From: the human T2T-CHM13v2.0 reference genome, Homo sapiens
Assembly: GCF_009914755.1 (NCBI RefSeq)
Contig: NC_060947.1
DNA length: 64,000 nt
Direction: 5' to 3' (one strand)
Shown: piece by piece, positions 1 through 26,199 of the stretch
Layout of the letters: each line of letters starts with the position of its first letter
Numbering within the stretch: the first letter of the stretch is position 1
Notes under the pieces: generated by a model
What the model saw: only the letters and a program-made list of their open reading frames with translations
The model's database searches: none
What the model was told of the DNA's origin: nothing
Made by a program: the position numbers and the translations under genes

Positions 1-405
1 GCAAAAAAAGGCCATTGGGATACTTTTGGTACTTCTGCAAGTGGAGATGAAAGAAGGGTTAAAAACAGAAAGGTTGCATGAAAGTCTGTTTAAGAAGCAC
101 TTAGATTTCCAGATACTCCCCTCACTCTGTCAACTGGGTGATTTATCTCCTGCGCCCCGGAAGAAGATTCAAGGATTATTGTTAGGAGGGGAAAAATAGA
201 GGAGCTCTGGAATGGGGGACTCCAGGCATAATTGAGGTTAAAAATCCCATATTGCAAAGTGGAGTTAAGTGAACATAATCAAACAGATTATCAGACATCC
301 GAGGAAAGTTTCTAACATGAAAGATAGAGAGGGACAGGAAGAAACTAGAAAGAAACTATGCAGTAATAGGAAGCCTTTTAAAAAAGCCATTAACCATTCC
401 TCAGA

Positions 406-749
406 GAGCAATCCCCAACCTTTTTGGCACCAGGGACCTGTTTCATGGAAGACAATTTTTCAACCGACCAAGGAAGAGATGGGGGGATGGTTTCGGGATG
501 AAACTGTTCCATCTCAGATCATCAGGCATTAGATTCTCGTAAGGAGCATGCAACCTAGATTCCTCACATGTGCAGCTCACAGAATGGTTCCGCTCCTAAG
601 AGAATCTAATGCCTCCGCTGATCTGACAGGAGGCGGAGCTCAGGTGGTAATATGTTCACTCACCCACTGCTCACTTCGTGCTGTTCAGCCCAGTTCCTAA
701 CAGGCCACGGATCGATACTGATCCAGTGCCCAGGGGTTGGGGACCCCTG
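406..749 (+). mobile_element. MER1B (hAT-Charlie MITE)
   Basis: TIR-like ends ...tccccaacc and ggttggggacccctg; the body resembles the MER1B consensus. Confidence 0.85.
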
Positions 750-1112
750 CCTTAGAAGTAAGACAAAATAATATATCCATAAAACCAGAGCAAGATGCTA
801 TTTTTTTGTTTTTATTTGATTTACTTATTTTTTTTTTGAGACGGAGTTTCGCTCTTTCGCCCAGACTGGAGTTAAGTGGCATGATCTCGGCTCCTCAACC
901 TTCTGAGTAGCTGGGACTACAGGCACCCGCCACTATGCCCAGCTAATTTTTGTGTTTAGTAGAGAAGGGGTTTTGCTATGTTGGCCAGGCTGGTCTTGAA
1001 CTCCTGATCTCAGGTGATTCACCAGCCTTGGCCTCCCAAAGTGCTAGGATTACAGGCGTGAGCCACCAGGACCAGCTTAAGATACTATTTTTTAAACAGA
1101 AAATGTGTTCTT

Positions 1113-2037
1113 TTATTTTTTTTTCACATTCAGGGAGCTGGGCTCCCTGTCTTATTCTTTTTTTTTTATTATTATACTTTAAGTTTTAGGGTGCATGTGC
1201 ACAATGTGCAGGTTAGTTACATATGTATACATGTGCCATGCTGGTGCGCTGCACCCACTAACTCGTCTTCTAGCATTAGGTATATCTCCCAATGCTATCC
1301 TTCTCCCCTCCCCCCACCCCACAACAGGCCCCAGAGTGTGATGTTCCCCTTCCTGTGTCCATGTGTTCTCATTGTTCAATTCCCACCTATGAGTGAGAAT
1401 ATGAGGTGTTTGGTTTTTTGTTCTTGCGATAGTTTACTGAGAATGATGATTTCCAATTTCATCCATGTCCCTACAAAGGACATGAACTCATCATTTTTTA
1501 TGGCTGCATAGTATTCCATGGTGTATATGTGCCACATTTTCTTAATCCAGTCTATCGTTGTTGGACATTTGGGTTGGTTCCAAGTCTTTGCTATCGTGAA
1601 TAGTGCCGCAATAAACATACGTGTGCATGTGTCTTTATAGCAGCATGATTTATAGTCCTTTGGGTATGTACCCAGTAATGGGATGGCTGGGTCAAATGGT
1701 ATTTCTAGTTCTAGATCCCTGAGGAATCGCCACACTGACTTCCACAATGGTTGAACTAGTTTCCAGTCCCACCAACAGTGTAAAAGTGTTCCTCTTTCTC
1801 CACATCCTCTCCAGCACCTGTTGTTTCCTGACTTTTTAATGATTGCCATTCTAACTGGTGTGAGATGATATCTCATTGTGGTTTTGATTTGCATTTCTCT
1901 GATGGCCAGTGATGGTGAGCATTTTTTCATGTGTTTTTGGCTGCACTTTTGAGAAGTGTCTGTTCATGTCCTTCGCCCACTTTTTGATGGGGTTGTTTGT
2001 TTTTTTCTTGTAAATTTGTTTGAGTTCATTGTAGATT
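1113..2037 (-). mobile_element. 5'-truncated L1PA2/L1PA3 with a short 3' transduction
   Basis: ORF2 C-terminus (ORF 1376-1930) plus L1PA-type 3' UTR. 15-bp TSD agaaaatgtgttctt at 1098-1112 and 2038-2052. Confidence 0.92.
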
Positions 2038-2073
2038 AGAAAATGTGTTCTTGGAAATTAAAATGTATTATCA

Positions 2074-2253
<180 letters not shown>

Positions 2254-2339
2254 TCAGGAGGCTGAGCTGGGAGGGCTGCTTCAGCCCCAGAGTTCAAGGC
2301 TTCAGTGAGCTGTGATCATGCCCGGGCAACAGAGCGACT

Positions 2340-2484
2340 CTCTCTCTCTCTCTATATATATATATAATATAAATATAAATATAAATATATATATATTATA
2401 TATAAAAATATATATAATATATATAAATATAAATATAAATATATATAAATATAAATATATATAATATATATATTATATATATAT
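2340..2484. repeat. (CT)n/(TA)n AT-rich microsatellite at an AluJ tail (Alu 2075-2340)
   Basis: Direct reading of the sequence. Confidence 0.95.
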
Positions 2485-2587
2485 GAATGAAAAACTTTTT
2501 AGAAGTGTTGAATGATACTCATGTTTGGAGAAATCTTCCAGAAAGTAAAGCCAAATAATGAATTAGTAAGTAGAGGCACATGATAGA

Positions 2588-2665
2588 TAGAGAGAGAGGG
2601 AGGGAGGGAGGGAGAGGGAGGGAGGGAGGGAGGGAGGGGGAGAGAGAGAGAGAGAGAGAGACAGA

Positions 2666-2757
<92 letters not shown>

Positions 2758-2766
2758 AGAGGAGAG
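2588..2766. repeat. (GGGA)n/(GA)n polypurine tract
   Basis: About 180 nt, nearly pure purine. It generates the spurious poly-SL and poly-ER ORFs. Confidence 0.95.
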
Positions 2767-2775
2767 GTGGCCAAT

Positions 2776-2886
2776 GTCTGTGGCCATACCACCCAGAACA
2801 TGCCAATCTTGGAAGCTAAGCTGGGTCAGGCCTGGCTGGTAGTTGAATGGGAGACCACCTGGGATTACTGGGTACTGTAGGCTTTT
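2776..2886 (+). pseudogene. RNA5SP505: 5S rRNA pseudogene, near full length with a ~10-nt internal deletion
   Basis: gtctgtggccataccacc...ggaagctaagc...tgggagacc...gtaggcttt aligns to human 5S rRNA from the 5' end through the terminal CTTT. The symbol is from memory of the locus and is less certain than the class call. Confidence 0.9.
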
Positions 2887-3342
<456 letters not shown>

Positions 3343-5454
3343 TCAAAAAAAAATCTCCAGAACTAAGGGTCTTAAATGTCCAGCTAGGGCAGGAGCCTAA
3401 GGCAGGAGAATGCCTAGCACTTTCAAGGAACAGCAAGGAGGCCAATATGGCTAGAGTAGAGGGAGTGAAGGGGAGAGTTGAAGACAGGGAGGTCGGAGAG
3501 GTGACACGGGTGACAGACAAGTCCTGGCAAATTAAGGATTTGGGACTTTGACTCCGAATAAGTGAGGAATCTTCAGCATTTTGAGCTAGGAGTGATATGA
3601 TTTGACTTACATTTTGAGACATTTTATTTTGAAAGTATAGATTCACAGGAAGTTGCAAACATAGCTCAGAGAGGTCCCATGTTCACCCATTTTGCTCTGA
3701 TGGATGGATCTTACACAATTATAGTACAATACAAAACAGGAAGTTTACATTTTTGTGTTATGTATTGTTCTGTGTCATTTTATCATATATATAGATTCAT
3801 GTAACCTCCACTATCAAGATACAACACTATTCCATCCGCAAATATCTTCTTTCTGCTTCCTCGTTATAGTTATACACTCTACTTCCCCCACAACTATCTC
3901 TAATCCCTGCCAACCAATCATCTTTTTTCTATCTCTGTAATTTTGTCGTTTCCAAAATATTGTATAAATGCAATTATGTACTAAACTGTATTGTAAAATT
4001 AGCTTTTTTCATTCAGCATTATGATCCTGAGACTCATCCAAGTTGTTGCATGTATCAATAGTTTCTTTTTGGTTGCTGAGTAGTATCTGATGGCATGGAT
4101 GTACCACAGTTTAACCATTTACCTATGGACATATAGTATGTGACCTTTAGGGCCTGGCTTTTTTCACTCCACATAATGCCCTTGAAGTCCATACAAGTTG
4201 TTGTGTGCTTCAGGACTCATTCCTTTTTATTGCTGAGTAGTATTCCATGGTAGGGATGTGCCAGACTTTCTCTATTCATTCGCCTGCTGGTGGATATTTT
4301 GGTTATTTTCAGTTTTTTGCTATTACAAATAAGGCCAGGCACAGTGGCTCATGCCTGTAATCCCAGCACTTTGTGAGGCCGAGGCGGTCAGATCGCTTGA
4401 GGTCAGGAGTTTGAGACCAGCCTGGGCAACATGGCAAAACCCCGTCTCTACTAAAAATACAAAAATTAGCGGGTGTGGTGGCGCCCACCTGTAATTCCAG
4501 CTACTCAGGAGGCTGAGGCAGGAGAATCGCTTGAACCCAGGAGATGGAGGTTGCAGTAAGCCGAGATTGTGCCACTGAACTCCAGCCTGGGCGACAGAGA
4601 GAGACTCTGTTTCAAAAACGAACAAACAAACCCCACAAATAATACTGCTGCAAGCATTTGTGTACAGGTTTCTATGCAGACATATATTTTCATTTCTTTA
4701 AGATAAATGCCCAGGAGTGGGATTGCTGGGTCATATCGTAAATGTACGTTTAGTTTTTTAGGAAACTGTTTTCAGGGTGGCTGTACCATTTTGTTCTTAA
4801 CAGCAATATATGACAGATGCAGTTTCTCCTCAGTCTTGCCAGCATTTGGGATTGTCACTATTTTTTACTTTAGCTATTCTAATAGGTGTGTAGAGATATC
4901 TCACTGGAGTCACAATTTGCTTTTCCCTAATGGATAATGACATTGAACATCTTTTCATGTGCTCGTTTGCCATCATATATCCTCTTCAGTGAAATGTCTC
5001 TTCATGACTTTTGACTGTTTTTTAAATGTCGAGTTTGGAGAATTTGTATATATACCCTAGATATGAGTCCTTCGTCAGATATGTGGTTTACAAATATTTT
5101 CTCTCAGTTGGTAGCTTGCTTTTTTATCCTCTTACCAGTGTCTTTCATAGCATGAAATTTTGATGAAGTCCAATTTATCGATTTTTTTCTTTTATGGACA
5201 TGGTTTTGGTGTCATGTCTAAAAACTCTTCACCAAGCCCTAGGTCCTGAAGATTTTCTCCTATGTTATTTTGTAAGAGTTTTATAATTTATGTTTTACAC
5301 TTCAAGTTATAATTCAAATAAAACATTCAACATTCTCTGTTTCTCAAGTACCACTTAAATTGAAATCTGGAAACATGGTTATTTCTGGATTTTCTATCTA
5401 TTACATTGATCTATGTGTCTATCTCTTCACTAATAGCACACAGTCTTGATCACT

Positions 5455-6040
<586 letters not shown>

Positions 6041-6703
6041 TATTCTAGTTCTTGTGCCTTTCCATACAAACATTAGAATAATCTTTTGTATATCTACAAA
6101 AAATTGGGCTGAAAGTTTTGACAGGAATTGCATGAAACCTGTGTGTCAATTTGGGAGAATTAATATCCTTACTATGTTGAGTCTTCTAACCAACGAACAC
6201 AGAATATCTCTCTATTTAGATCTTTCTTTCATTAGCATTTAGCATTTTGTAGATATCAGCATACAATTCCTGTGCAAATTTTGTTATATTTACACCTAAG
6301 CATTACATTTTTTAGTGATTGTACATTTTTAGTTTGCATATTTTTACATATTTTTAATTTCAGCTTCCAGGTGTTGATTGCTTAGTACAGAGAAATACAA
6401 TGGGGGGAGGTCACTATATGTTAATCTTGTATCCTGTCGCCTTGCTGAAGTCACTTAGTTCCAGGAATTTTTTTTTGTAGATTATTGGGATTTTCTATAT
6501 AAACAATCATTGTATCTGCAAATAAGAACAGTTTTATTTCTTCTCTTTCAATATGTATGCCTTTTATTTAATTTTCCTTACTAATTGGTCTGGCTATGTC
6601 TTCTATACTAAGTTGAATAGTATATCAGACATCCTTACTTGTTCCTGATCTTAGGACCAGTAAATATGTTAGTTATAGCTTTTTTGTAGATGTTTCTTAT
6701 TCA

Positions 6704-7404
<701 letters not shown>

Positions 7405-7997
7405 ATTCTCCTCTATTCCAATTCTCCTCTATTTTTTAGTTTTTATTATGAATGGGTATTGAATTTTGTCAAATGCTATTTTCTGGATCAATTTATATGA
7501 TGATGCAATTTTTCATTTTCACCTGATTTATGGTGGATTACATTGGTTGATTTTCAATTATGGAACCAACCTTGCATCCTTGGAATGAACGCACTTGGTC
7601 ATGGTGCATTATTCTTTTTATATAGTGCTGAATTCTATTTGCTAATATTTTGGTAAGAATTTTTGTGTCTATATTTACAAGGGACATTGGTGTCCTCATA
7701 CTATCTGATTTTGGTATAAGTATAATAATGGCTGAACACAATGAGTTGGAAAGTGTTTCCTCCTCTTCTGTTTTCTGGAAGAGATTGTGTAGAATTGTTA
7801 CTTAAAGTGTCTGTTAGAATTATCTAGTGAAACCATCTGTGCCTGAAGATTTGGGTGGTGGGGGTGCTTAGGGGAGTTAAATAAGATTAAATTTCCTTAA
7901 TAGTTATATGGCTATTGAAATATCTATTTCATGTTAAGTGAGTGGTGACAGTTTGTACTTTTTGAGGATTTGGTCCATTGTTCTAAGTTGTTGATTT

Positions 7998-10902
<2,905 letters not shown>

Positions 10903-11476
10903 TATTGCCTTATCTTCCTTTTGATGTCTGCAAAGTCTGTAGTGATATTCCATTTCATTCCTGACATTAATAATCCGTTTCTTCTTTTGTTCTTTGTCAG
11001 TCCTGCTAAAGGTTCGTCAATTTTAATAAATTTTGTCAGAGAACCTGCTTTTGATTTTTCTCTGTTTTTCTGTTTTCAACTTCACTGATTTCTACTCTTT
11101 ATTATTTCTATCCTTTGGCTTGGTTTTGGTTTATTTTGGTCTCCTTTTGTTTAGCTTCTTGAGGTGAGATTTGAAAGTTTTCTAAGTAAATTCTTAGTGC
11201 TATAAATAATCTCTCTCAGCACTGCTTCAACTGCATCCCACAGATTTGGAAATGTTGTATTTTCATTTTCATTCAGATCTATGTACTTATTTTATTTATT
11301 TATTTTTAGACAGGGTCTTGCTATGTTGACTAGGTTGGTCTTGAACTCCTGGCCTCAAGCAATCCTCCTGCTGCCTTGGTGTCCCAAAGTGCTAGGATGA
11401 GAGATGTGAGCCACCACGCCAGCCTGTACTTTTTTATTGAGATATAATTCTCATACCATGAAATTCATCATTTTAA

Positions 11477-11850
<374 letters not shown>

Positions 11851-12410
11851 TGAATTTAGACCATTTACACCTAATTATTGATATATTATGAGTGAATTGC
11901 TTGATGACTTGTGATTTTATAAAAGAAAAAAATAAGGGTGAAGTGTGCCATTTTATTTGTATTTTCTGTTTAAACTGTTTTTCGTTTCTCTGCTTTATCT
12001 GTCTTCCTGATGGTTACTTGAACATTTTTCAGAAATCCATTCTTATTTATCTATAGTAATTTTATGCAAAACAAAATCATACACATTTATTTACAGATCA
12101 CAATACAGCAAAATGTAAATGAAATCTGAGAAAATTCTTCATTTTTCTGATTGAAAATATAAAATAGAATTTCTTCAGAAAAAAGATTTACATAAAATTT
12201 ACTTCGCCTCACGGTTTACGCTCTAAGAGTAAATTTTATAAAAATCAGCAACCAGTCTTCTTTTATGTTTAAAATGAACATGATAAATATAAATAACTTA
12301 CATTTATGTAGTAGTAAAAAACGTTAATAATTCTTTTTAAGAAGGAAACTATTTCATTTCTACCCAGCTTGGATTCACCATAAATGCAATCTGTAAATGA
12401 TATTAGAATC

Positions 12411-13400
<990 letters not shown>

Positions 13401-13514
13401 GAACCTCATCCAAAGTATAAATTTGCCACATTTAGGAAAGTTTCAGAATTTCTTTCTTTCTTTCTTTCTTTTTTTCTTTTTTGAGACAGAGTCTCACTCT
13501 GTCTCCCAGGCTGA

Positions 13515-13808
<294 letters not shown>

Positions 13809-13827
13809 TGATTTTATAATCTGTGTA

Positions 13828-14536
<709 letters not shown>

Positions 14537-15627
14537 TATCTTGGTGTTCACATCTGTTGATTGTCTTTCCTCATTCAATTTGAGATCTTCCTGATCCTTG
14601 GTATGATGAGCAACTTTTTATTGAAACCTGGATATTTGGGGTATTATGTTATAAGACTCTGGAATTCAGTAAAATCTTCTGAGTTGAACTCCTTTGAGCA
14701 GAGTCTGGCAGGAAAAGGTGTGGTGCTACCTCATTAATGCCAGATGGAGGTAGAAGTTCATGTTCTCCACTTGGCTTTCTCTGACACCACCTCAGTGAGT
14801 GGAGGGACATTTGAGCACCTCAACACAGCCTGGAGACTCTAGGCTCTTCTCTCAGTGAGGGTGGGGGTGGAGCCAGAGTTTTTCCACTGTGTGTGGCTGG
14901 AGTACAATGGTCATTATCTAAGTTTTCTGCGTTGCCAGGCTGCCCCTTTCTTGGTCCTTTATCTGGAGAAAGGCTATTTTTTTGGTCTGCATCTGTTGGT
15001 GTTTGTGGGTTGCAGGCTTCTCCAGTATCCAGTCTAGTATGTATGAGACAAAAAGAAAACCAAAGAACTCACCAATGTGTTGTTTCTTGGGTCCCAATGT
15101 CCGTAGTTGTTCTGCCTTCTCTCCACCTTTCAAAGTCTTATGTTTGATTGATTGATTGGTTGATGAAACGGGGTCTCACTTTGTTGCCCAGGCTGGAGTG
15201 GGGTGGTGAGATCATGACTCACTGCAGCCTTGACCTCCTCGGGCTCCAGTGATCCTCCCACCTCAGCCTCCTGAGTAGCTGGGACTACAGGCGTGTGCCA
15301 CCATGCCCAGCTAATTTTTGTATTTTTTGTAGACACGGGGTTTCTCCTTGTTGCCCAGTCTGGTCTCGAACTCCTGGGCTCCAGCGATCCACCTGCCTCA
15401 GTCTCTCAAAGTGCTGGGATTTACAGGCATGAGCCACTTCATCTGGCCGTGTTTGTTTTATATATAATATCTAGAGTTTTTAGTTATACTTAGTGGGCAA
15501 AATAGGAAAAAGTATGTCTACTCCATCTTCTCAGAAGTGGAAGGCCAAGGTAGTTAGTAGCAGCAGAGATGGTGAAAAGATGTCAGAGTCTGCAAATATT
15601 TTTAGGTAAATCCAACAGGATTTGCTT

Positions 15628-16076
15628 TGTGAAAGGAAAATATCATGGGGCCCCAAAATCACTAAGCTAAAGGGAAAAATAAAGCTGGGAACTGCTGAGG
15701 GCAAACCTGCCTCCAATTCTATTCAAAGTCACCCGCCTGCTCACTGAGATAAATGCATATCTGATTGCCTCCTTTGGAGAGGCTCATCAGAAACTCAAAA
15801 GAATGCAACCATTTGTCTCTTATCTACCTACAACCTGGAACCCCCCTTCCCTGGTCCAGTTGTGCCGCCTTTCCAGACCGAACCAGTGTTCATCTTACAT
15901 ATGTTGATTGATGTCTCATGTCTCCCTAAAATGTATAAAACCAAACTGTGTTCTGACCACCTTGGGCACATGTCATCAGGACTTCCTGAGGCTGTGTCAC
16001 AGGCATGCATCCTCAACCTTGGCAAAATAAACTTTCTAAATTAACTGAGACCTGTCTCAGATTTTTGGGGTTCACA
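15628..16076 (+). mobile_element. MER4A1-type ERV1 solo LTR inserted in an L2
   Basis: tgtgaaaggaaaata...ggggttcaca with an exact 4-bp TSD gctt on both sides. Confidence 0.9.
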
Positions 16077-16347
16077 GCTTACAGCTTGGATATGAAGTGT
16101 GAGAAAGGGCTGAATTAAGGATTCTCAAGGTTTTTGGCTTTCACAACTGGAAGGATGAAGTTGCCATCTACTAATATGAGGGAGGCCGAGAGAAAAACAG
16201 GTTTGGGAACAGATGATTAAGAGTTAAGTTTTGGATATATTTCCAAGTGAAAATATTGAATAGGCAACTGTATGTTACATCCCCCTGACCTTTCCCTATT
16301 TATTCCTTCTGCAACTACAATTACTCATTTGTGAAATCATCCCATTC

Positions 16348-22977
<6,630 letters not shown>

Positions 22978-23599
22978 ATTCTATCCTCCACATATCCCAG
23001 CCTCTTATCTTTTGCCTCTTTTTAACTCTCTCTATTGCTATTTCCTGAGTAATTTCGTAAGATCTATCTTTCAGTTAAATGATCTCTTCAATAGTGTCTA
23101 ATATCTATTTAACTCATTCATTAAGTTTTAAATTTCAATTATTGTGTTTTTCTTTTCTAGAAGTCTGCTTTGGTTCTTTTTTCAAATCTGCCTGTTCTTT
23201 TTTTCTCAATAGTGTTTGGTTCTTTTATGTTTTTATTTCTTCTTTTATGTACTTAATCATTTTATCATACTTTATTATCTCTATTAGGTTCTTCTGTTAT
23301 ATGAAGTTCATGGAAGTTTAATCTCGCTGTTTGTTGTGGCTCTTGCTTATTGTGGATTACTTCATTCATGTTCAACTTGGGGTTATCTATGAAAATCCTG
23401 TTCAGCCTTGCTTGTTAATCATGATTGTACTAACAGGTTTGGTATTTGCTTTTGCCAGATGCCCAGAGAGACCAATTTACTTGTTAATTTCACAAGTTGT
23501 AGGTTCTGGGACCACATAGGTAGTTTAGATGTGAACCAATCCGTACATTTAGAGTCTGTGCCTTTCTTTATATGTAGATTATACTTCAATTTAAAAGTA

Positions 23600-24360
23600 C
23601 ATAAAATCAAAAATCATTTTAAACCCTCAACAACATATCAGTTCAACCCAAATTGATCTACAGACTTAATGCAACTGCTTTCAAAATGCCAGCAAAGTAT
23701 GTGTAGGCACAGAAAAACTTGTATTAAAATTTGTATGAAAAGGCACAGGTCCTAGAAGAGCCAAACAATCTTGAAAATGAAGAAAAAATGGGAGGAATCA
23801 CTCTACGTGATAAGAATTCCTATATGGGTACAGTAATAAAAGCAGTATGGTATTGATGGAGAGATTGATACACAAGATTAACAGAACAGAATAGAGATTC
23901 CAGAAATGGACCCATACAAGTATGGCCACCTGATTTTTGGCAAAAGAACCTTGACCTAAAGCTCTTACAATGTACTAAAATTATCTAAAAATGTATCATA
24001 GACATAAATGTAAAAATTATTAAACTTTTAGAAGATAATATAAAATAAATTTTTCATGACCTAGGGTTAGGCAAAGAATTCTTAAACAGGGAAATCCATA
24101 AAATAAGTAAAATCAATACATTAGAATTTATCAAAATTTAGAACTTTTGCTCCATGAAAGACACTGATAAGAGAATGAAAAGAGAAGCTAAACACTGGGA
24201 GAAAATATATGCAAACCACATATCAAACAGAGGATTTATATCCTAAATAAATAAAAAGCTCTCAAAACTCAATTGTAACAAACAACCCAATTAAAAACAT
24301 CAAAAGACTTGAACAGGCATTTTACCAAAGAAGATATATATAGAGATGGCAAATAAGCAC
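23600..24360 (+). mobile_element. Old L1M ORF2 fragment
   Basis: Decayed ORF2 3' region motifs (cagaatagagattccagaaat, ttttaccaaagaagatata). Confidence 0.75.
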
Positions 24361-25849
24361 AAGTATTATGTGGAAGTCATGTGGTTTATGTGAAATGACC
24401 TCACTCCCAACTCCAGAGGGTCCTTTTTTTCACCACAATGATTGCATCATATAATCCAGGCCTACATCAGTCAGTAGACGGAATTCCTGGGCCACAGGGA
24501 TTGAGTCAGGGATAGTTCAACGGGAACAAAATTCAGGCCCTTTGAAAAATGATTGTGGAAAGTGACCATATCCCTATTTGTGGCAGGCAGCCATCTTGTG
24601 ACCATGAAGAAGTATCCTGGAGACAAAGCTAACACACACAAAATAGGGCAGCACTGAGATCAGGACCACAGCTCTGATCAAACTGTGCCTAAAACTTACA
24701 TACCTCTAGACTTATCAGTTACATGAGGCAATGTCCTATGCTTGACTCGCATTTTCTGTTACCTGCAACTGAAACATCTTTATGTCTACCACACTTAACA
24801 GTCAACATCCTTCCACACGTTACCTCCAGGGAACTTTTCATGGCTGGCAAATGCTCTTCTCTCTTTTCCTTTGAGCTCCTCCAGTCCCAAGAGTCTGAGT
24901 CACTCACCTTATCATTTCTCTCTCTCAGACAAACACACATATACATACACACACACCCCACACACACACACACCAAACCTCTGTGGCACTTTTGTGGTGT
25001 TTTCCCTAACTTTCCACCCTTCCCTTGGTTATAGCCCTGACCCTGGTACGATATAACATTCAACATTACACTGAATTGTGACTGTCAGTGCTTGTCTCCT
25101 CCTCCCCTGAAGACTGTTAGCTCCTGAGGGCCTGACAGTCCCTTGACTCAACTCCTTTCTGCTTCACTGTTTCATGCTTTGACCCAAAAAAGATGAGGCT
25201 TAGTAGGGAGAGAGGTGGAAGGGTGAAGGGCATCCATCCCTTTGTTTACTAACATTTGTGTGTCCCTCCCTAGTTACCTGCCTCCATGCCTTTGCTGGAG
25301 AGGAAGCCACCTAGGTTGACTCCACCTGGAATGTCTATTTTCACACATTCCAAATCCTACCCTTTCAAACTCAAGGCCAACTCTGGAAGGAGAAAGGGCT
25401 ATGACTGACCAGGAAGGGACATGTGGGAACTTTCTGGGATTATGGTAGTGTTCTGTATCTTGATAGGGATGTGGGTTACACAGGTCTATACATTTGTCAA
25501 AACATGTGAAATTATACTCTTAAGATGTGTGCATTTATTTCATCGTATATTTTACCTTAAAAAAGATTCAAATATTGAACTCTAGTAAATGGCATGCATG
25601 CTGAAATGTTTAAAGGAATGTGTACACATGTCCAAAATTTTGAAATGCATAAAGCGTCGATACATGGGTATGCATATGTGATAAAGCCAAGTGTAGTAAA
25701 ATACTAATTGTAGAATCTGGGTGGTGGATATATGGGTGTTCACAGTACAATTATTTTGACTTTTATGTCTGAAAATGGTCATCACAAAATGTTAGGGAAA
25801 AAAAATAAGAGATGTGGGTTAACATCTCTGGTCTCTGGTATCTTCATAG

Positions 25850-26134
<285 letters not shown>

Positions 26135-26199
26135 TGATCTGCCCACCTCGGCCTCCCAAAGTGCTGGGATTACAGGCGTGAGCCACCGCACCTGGCCCT

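Noticed and set aside
2499-2819. Poly-SL and poly-ER ORFs
   Set aside because: They are artefacts of the (GA)n microsatellite.
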